NCBI GenBank assembly: GCA_044440125.1 | Contig: JBITAJ010000021.1 | Location: 1-64,000, forward strand | Source: Sedimentisphaeraceae bacterium JB056 | GTDB lineage: Bacteria > Planctomycetota > Phycisphaerae > Sedimentisphaerales > Sedimentisphaeraceae | DNA length: 64,000 bases | Reading direction: 5' to 3' | Shown: piece after piece, positions 58,843 to 64,000 of the stretch | Layout of the letters: every line of letters begins with the position of its first letter | Numbering within the stretch: the first letter of the stretch is position 1 | Translations under genes and position numbers: made by a program | The notes under the pieces: model-generated | What the model saw: only the letters and a program-made list of their open reading frames with translations | Database searches by the model: none | What the model was told of the DNA's origin: nothing

Positions 58843-60003
58843 TCAAGGTATTTGATAATCGTTTCTGGCCTTCATCATTGCCCATACGTTTTCTGTCGGC
58901 GTTCCCGAGAGGATCGTATTGCTGCATCCGTGAAAATAATGGCTGCCCCTGCTGTCGCGGAGAACCCTCAAGCTGTAGTCGTATGCATCCTTTTCACTTC
59001 TCTGGTGCAGGAAATCCCCGCTCAGGTTTGCCCATATCACCAAATCGGGATACTTTTCTCTTATCGTCGCGGTAGTCATCGAAGCATCGTAATCCACCTC
59101 GCCGTAACCCGAGACATCCGCATCGTGAAATATCATATCCGCAACCGACCAGATATTGCCATCGGTCCTCCAGACATAATGAATCCCATGCTCCTTCGCA
59201 CGGGCCATAAGCTTTTTGAGCCGGGGAATAATAAGGCGGTTGAATATCTGCGGCGAATACATGGGCCCGTTCTTATCCGCCATATCCCCGCCGCCGAGCA
59301 CAACTTTTATTCCTGATCTTGCTATCAAGTCCAACTGTGCCAGTCCTAATTCAAGCTGGCAGTCGAGGATGTCGCCTATCGCCCCGGGGTCAAGAAAACA
59401 AGCCATTAGGGCTGCCTCGTCGAGCCCTACCGATAAAGTAGCCCCTCCTGCAACAACAAACATCTCCTCGCCGAGGGCGTCCTGAAGCTTGCGCTCAGGC
59501 AAAACGTCCATGCTTTCAATAACTTTAAGCTTTTCCGGCAGAGATTGCGCCATATCCTTGGCAACCTGCGGCATATCCTCCGGGTTCCTCTTAGGTGCGG
59601 TATTTTTCACGGGGAAATAATTGCCCGCGGTTTGATCCCATTTCCAGACTTGGTATATCCCATCGGGATCGCCATAAAGAAAGGTAAACTCATCGATCTG
59701 GCTGGTCGGTCTGTCGCTTTTGCGAAACCCGTAACGAAACACCTCTATATCCAGTGCCCTGTTAAGCTCGATCAGCGATTCTTCATATTTTTGCAGAAAC
59801 TCATCATGTGCAGAGCCGCCCGCGGCCAATGCCTTCGCCTCGGCATACCATAAACTCGGCCCGCCGGTATCAACGTTGCGGCCGAGAATCTTGCTCGCCA
59901 CCTCGCAGGCTATTGTAGGCGTATAAGACGGCATCATATCCGGCACGCCACCCTCAATTACCCTCATACACCTCTGATACGCAGTCAATTCTTTCTTATT
60001 CAT
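58843..60003 (-). CDS. Uroporphyrinogen decarboxylase-superfamily protein (divergent)
   Basis: LTAYQR..G.PD; GGDMADKNGPMYSP; WRTDGN; SNTI..GTP.EN..AM. Confidence 0.78.
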   Translation of the reverse strand: MNKKELTAYQRCMRVIEGGVPDMMPSYTPTIACEVASKILGRNVDTGGPSLWYAEAKALAAGGSAHDEFLQKYEESLIELNRALDIEVFRYGFRKSDRPTSQIDEFTFLYGDPDGIYQVWKWDQTAGNYFPVKNTAPKRNPEDMPQVAKDMAQSLPEKLKVIESMDVLPERKLQDALGEEMFVVAGGATLSVGLDEAALMACFLDPGAIGDILDCQLELGLAQLDLIARSGIKVVLGGGDMADKNGPMYSPQIFNRLIIPRLKKLMARAKEHGIHYVWRTDGNIWSVADMIFHDADVSGYGEVDYDASMTTATIREKYPDLVIWANLSGDFLHQRSEKDAYDYSLRVLRDSRGSHYFHGCSNTILSGTPTENVWAMMKARNDYQIP

Positions 60004-60077
60004 ATCTGCTTCCTATACCACCGAATGCTGTTTCAAAATTATTCTAACCTTCAAAGGCACACACCCTTTATTGAAAG

Positions 60078-60140
60078 ATTATACAATAAAGGCATGTAAA
60101 AAAAATGGTATATCTGCACATCAGCATATAAAATATGAAC
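60078..60140 (-). promoter_or_regulatory. Activator-type promoter: TATAAT plus conserved 38-bp motif (copy 2)
   Basis: AAATGGTATATC-N14-TAAAATATGAAC at 60103-60140; minus-strand TATAAT at 60078-60083, same spacing as copy 1. Confidence 0.65.
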
Positions 60141-60275
60141 ATACAATAACGCTTTTAATGCCCAAAAACATCTTTCTTAACTATAAATATGTAATATTCT
60201 TGCAGGAAGCACAATGCAGGATATAATAATCAAGTCTCATCTAATGAATTTGATTATTGACCGGAAGGTAAGCTG

Positions 60276-61178
60276 ATGAATTTTGAACAGGCAGCAAAAG
60301 AAGTAAATCAGGATAATAAAGGACGAGAAAAGTTCATAATAGAAAAGGTCGGTGGATACTGCCCTCATGTCGACTTGAATGCAAAACTCGGCTTGGTGCT
60401 GGTCTGCTACCAGAAGGACTTGCCCGGCGTAGCCGACACGATAAAAAAATACCCCTTCTATCGGCTTGGTTACACAACTCAAGGCAAAGTTGTCATTAAC
60501 GACACAAAGAAAGAATACACAATAACAGGCGGCACTTTCTACGCATTCAAACCCGGAGAAACCAGTTTTGCAAAATCTATCGGAAACAGTAACTGGTCGC
60601 ATTATGTACTTAATTTCATCGGCCCTGAAGCCGACGAGCTTATAAAAGCCAGCGGAATACTTGAAGAAAGAGTAGTAAGTATTAAAGACCAAAACACGGC
60701 GGAGAATATCTTGAGGTCAATACTTGACGAAAGGTTAAAAAATGCCGCAAACTCTCAGACAATATGCGAATATTATCTAAAAATATTGCTGCTCAACCTC
60801 TCTGACTGGATCATAGACATCAAAAAAGTCCATCAGACAGACTATGACACTTTCATAAAGTGCAAGAACTATATAGACAGTAATTTTATAGAGCTGGTTT
60901 CGGTTGAATCCATAGCTGCAAATTGCAACATATCACAACAGCATCTTGGTAGATTATTCAAAAAATATACACAGAAAACGCCTCTGAATTATCTTCAAAA
61001 ACTGAAGATGAACCGGGCATCTGTGATGCTTATAGAGACAAACCTTTCTATCGCTCAAATAGCTTATTTATTCTCATTCAATGACCAATTCTATTTTTCA
61101 AAAGTGTTTAAAAAAACATATGGAATCAGCCCACAAGAATATAGATCAACTATTTTTAATAAATTATCAAATTCATGA
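60276..61178 (+). CDS. AraC-family transcriptional regulator
   Basis: Cupin-like N-terminal domain; LSIAQIAYLFSFNDQFYFSKVFKKTYGISPQEYR. Confidence 0.93.
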   Translation: MNFEQAAKEVNQDNKGREKFIIEKVGGYCPHVDLNAKLGLVLVCYQKDLPGVADTIKKYPFYRLGYTTQGKVVINDTKKEYTITGGTFYAFKPGETSFAKSIGNSNWSHYVLNFIGPEADELIKASGILEERVVSIKDQNTAENILRSILDERLKNAANSQTICEYYLKILLLNLSDWIIDIKKVHQTDYDTFIKCKNYIDSNFIELVSVESIAANCNISQQHLGRLFKKYTQKTPLNYLQKLKMNRASVMLIETNLSIAQIAYLFSFNDQFYFSKVFKKTYGISPQEYRSTIFNKLSNS

Positions 61179-61391
61179 TATCAAGCGTCCCTGAATCATA
61201 TCTTTATTTAAAGCCATTTTTTTTCAACAGCTCTCGCAGAACTCGAGTTTCCTCGACGCAATAATCAATTGATTTTTGCATATCGAGTAGAACTGCTAGT
61301 GTAATACTCATCCGCTTCAATATTATTTCTGCATGTCAATAAGACGGATTTAATGTACTTATAACTGAATCTGCAACTCAATTTAAGTGAT

Positions 61392-64000
61392 TCAGTTTTC
61401 CAATAGATCAAGTTTAATGAGAAGCTGTTTTCTGGCTGCACGGTAGGCTGCCGGATCTTTTTCATAATTTACAGGAGTTCTGATTATCTGCTCTAATATC
61501 TGTCCGGCAGTTTCAGAATCTTTCTCTGCAAGCATGGAAAGCAAATCATAATCAGTCAGACCTTCACGGAAAGCAAGCATTCGCATTGAACCAAGCAGAC
61601 CTTCAGCTCCCGGATAATACATCCAGTCGTCTCCCGGAGGATGACCGGGGTTTGTTATACCGCCGGGTAGAGGACCTATTGAGCTTTTATAAGGGTCAGC
61701 GGTTCGGTAATTATTCGCCGCCCAGAAAAGATAACCATCAGCATTAATCTTAAATGAAAGCCACGGGAAAAGCCTCGAACAGCTAAGCGGGTCATCCAAA
61801 TGCCTGTTAGGATACGGCGGATAAGGACTTGCACAGTGATAGAACCATACTCCCTTGCCCTGTTTACGCCTCTTCTTGGCAACCTGCTGATACGATTCCT
61901 TAAACAACGACATATTAAACACCTGAATGTCTATATAATCAGAATAATCCGTATTACCGCAGGCATCCTTAGTCATAATATCCGGCATCACCTTCTTTGT
62001 AAGAGCATAAGCTTTTTTATATTTCTCAATATTCGTAGGCTCATCTATCACGCCCTGCACATAATACTTATCCCAACCCTTATCTTTAAGATGAGAGTAG
62101 AGATGCTGATAGAATATCTCCATAAAATCAAGCCACTGAACAAAATCAGAGGCAGTAGTAAAAATATCAACCATCGACAGGCTTTTCTTGTCATACGCTC
62201 TAACATTCAGGGCTGATGCGTTATGGCCTCCAAATGCACATTCGCCTTCAAAACGGTTGAACCCGCATCGCAGGAAAGTTTCGATCCACTTGTCGAACAT
62301 ACTGAAATCAAAATCATAACTGCCATCGACATTCTTTATCGTCTTTATAAAATTGATAGTCTCATCACGATGACTTATAAGAGAAACCGACATTGTATTC
62401 TGACCATAAGAATGAAGCGTACGAGCTGAATTTTCAATAAGTTTCCAATGCCCATCACTCCAAAGCTTCGGTTTTTCACCAATAGTTAGATTGGCAGGGT
62501 CTGCCTTGAACCAATAAACATTATTAAGCCTTGGCTGTGCAGGTTTAACTGTTTGATGTACCCTGAAGCTGAAGGTCAAACGTTTTTGTTCACCTTCTGC
62601 ATCAATTACAAAATCACCATGATAAATACCAGCCGGTGTATCAACAGGAACATCAATATCGACAAGGATCCCCTGATACATCAAAGCATGTGCATTATTC
62701 TCACGCAGCAGAAATTTATCTGCCGGAACCAATACTTCAGCAGTCCTGAAAGGAGCCTTCTTCACGATATGCTCCATCCAAATTTGCGGCGGCTGTGATG
62801 ATATTGTTGTATTAATGCCACCATTATTGTTGGCTTCAACCGGTATGTTTTTAACATGATAAAGCTCCACAGGAAAATGAACCTGCGCGCCATCAGCATT
62901 CCTGATAGCTTTAACTCTGATTTCAGCCTCAATCTTGCCACGCTGCCTGCTCATAGCGGCAAACATCATCGCCGCCTTACCGCCTCTTGGCACACTGACA
63001 GGTTCTGAATCAATCATCGGCATGGGTGCATCATCAGTGAATATTCTCTTAAACAATTCTACACGATGCAGATTAAGATTATCAAGCCAATACTGCTGTT
63101 CTATCTGCCATTGCCTCTTCTTATCTTGTGCCTGCTTAGCCGCCTTTTGAATAGCAACCTGCCTGAATGTATCATCACCTATATCATCAAGACGTATTTT
63201 TTCTATCTGCGAATAATCAAGAGCCGCCGAATCATCAACATTACTTGCATAAATCCTGATGCTGTCAAGCTGCCCGTTTACCTGCTTTACACCTGCAGCA
63301 TTGTAAGCACCGACTGTAATACTCTGCGGCGCACTCTCAGCAAGCATTCCCGCCGCCGCCTCAACTCTTTGCTCACCCGACCACATCTTATCAGGATCAT
63401 CCTGTCTCTGCCCGGCATCGGCAGCGCGGAAAGTTTCACACTCAATCGGATACTCCTCGTAGCCGTAATACAATGCACAGTTAGGTCCATTCTTAGTACC
63501 ATCATAGCTGAAAGCAAAAAACAGCCATCTGTTATCAGGTGTAAAATTAGGTATGTTTATCCAGCCGCCCCACAATTGTTTTCTTCTGCCGTCAGCCCCG
63601 GTCATCATAATGCCGAGCCGTCCCCATCTCTCAAACGTTACCTGAAATACACCATGACAATTTATTATTACAGGCGGCTGATAATCCGTATCATCAAACG
63701 TAACCGGTCTTTTTACCCAACCGCTTACCGTAAGAGATTTAGCCCCAGCAAGTTTCTCCAAAGTATCTTTATCAGTTATAATCAATGGCTTCGAATCTTC
63801 TCCATACATAACAAGTGACTTGCTTGAATTCACTCCCGTATGCTCTGAAATAACAACATCCTTTCCTGCAATATCTTCAAAATCAAGATTCAATACAGCT
63901 TCGGGTTCTTTCGCCTCAACCAGAGTAAGAGTGCCAAAATTTTCCGGCACATGGAAAGAAGGCGTTGGTGTATTTGTCGGCTTTAACGCCATATAATGTC
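61392..64000 (-). CDS. Multidomain putative glycoside hydrolase (LamG + GH123/DUF4091-like); 5' end probably beyond the window
   Basis: Frame stays open upstream of ATG 63992; LamG-like segment; YDFDFSMFDKW, IDEP, WFYHC, GYLFWA, PGDDWMYYPG, SMRMLAFREGLTDY. Confidence 0.8.
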   Translation of the reverse strand, partial: HYMALKPTNTPTPSFHVPENFGTLTLVEAKEPEAVLNLDFEDIAGKDVVISEHTGVNSSKSLVMYGEDSKPLIITDKDTLEKLAGAKSLTVSGWVKRPVTFDDTDYQPPVIINCHGVFQVTFERWGRLGIMMTGADGRRKQLWGGWINIPNFTPDNRWLFFAFSYDGTKNGPNCALYYGYEEYPIECETFRAADAGQRQDDPDKMWSGEQRVEAAAGMLAESAPQSITVGAYNAAGVKQVNGQLDSIRIYASNVDDSAALDYSQIEKIRLDDIGDDTFRQVAIQKAAKQAQDKKRQWQIEQQYWLDNLNLHRVELFKRIFTDDAPMPMIDSEPVSVPRGGKAAMMFAAMSRQRGKIEAEIRVKAIRNADGAQVHFPVELYHVKNIPVEANNNGGINTTISSQPPQIWMEHIVKKAPFRTAEVLVPADKFLLRENNAHALMYQGILVDIDVPVDTPAGIYHGDFVIDAEGEQKRLTFSFRVHQTVKPAQPRLNNVYWFKADPANLTIGEKPKLWSDGHWKLIENSARTLHSYGQNTMSVSLISHRDETINFIKTIKNVDGSYDFDFSMFDKWIETFLRCGFNRFEGECAFGGHNASALNVRAYDKKSLSMVDIFTTASDFVQWLDFMEIFYQHLYSHLKDKGWDKYYVQGVIDEPTNIEKYKKAYALTKKVMPDIMTKDACGNTDYSDYIDIQVFNMSLFKESYQQVAKKRRKQGKGVWFYHCASPYPPYPNRHLDDPLSCSRLFPWLSFKINADGYLFWAANNYRTADPYKSSIGPLPGGITNPGHPPGDDWMYYPGAEGLLGSMRMLAFREGLTDYDLLSMLAEKDSETAGQILEQIIRTPVNYEKDPAAYRAARKQLLIKLDLLEN

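Noticed and set aside
60237..61465. Small minus-strand ORFs 60237..60692 and 61265..61465
   Set aside because: The first is antisense to AraC. The second overlaps the end of 61392.. in another frame and has no recognisable features.

Overview
A 64-kb, almost entirely minus-strand carbohydrate-utilisation region. The protein repertoire (prepilin/H-x-DG 'DUF1559-like' proteins, PEP-CTERM, Tat-exported sulfatases, C-terminal dockerin-like DxxxDGxV...WL tags) suggests a Planctomycetota genome, probably Phycisphaerae; this is inference. The window holds three similarly built modules: (I) ~1-12.5 kb, sulfatases plus an unrecognised enzyme family plus GLUG proteins; (II) ~15.6-33.7 kb, GHL10-like/GH36/GH38 plus LamG; (III) ~40.8-61.2 kb, heparinase-type lyases plus URO-D-like proteins plus LamG/PEP-CTERM. 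There is also uxaE and a GntR-linked sugar-catabolic operon (33.9-40.7 kb). Each module has one pilin-like protein and one module-specific binding domain, found both as a stand-alone dockerin-tagged protein and fused to a dockerin-tagged enzyme. Each also has untagged relatives of that enzyme and a stem-loop after the stand-alone binding gene. No SusC/SusD or TonB receptor is present, so this looks like a planctomycete PUL/cellulosome-like system. Other points: a GH38 lacking the canonical nucleophile Asp, a paralog remnant, and several readable operator sites. I saw no rRNA, tRNA, CRISPR array or mobile element. All family calls come from motif recognition by eye, not database searches.
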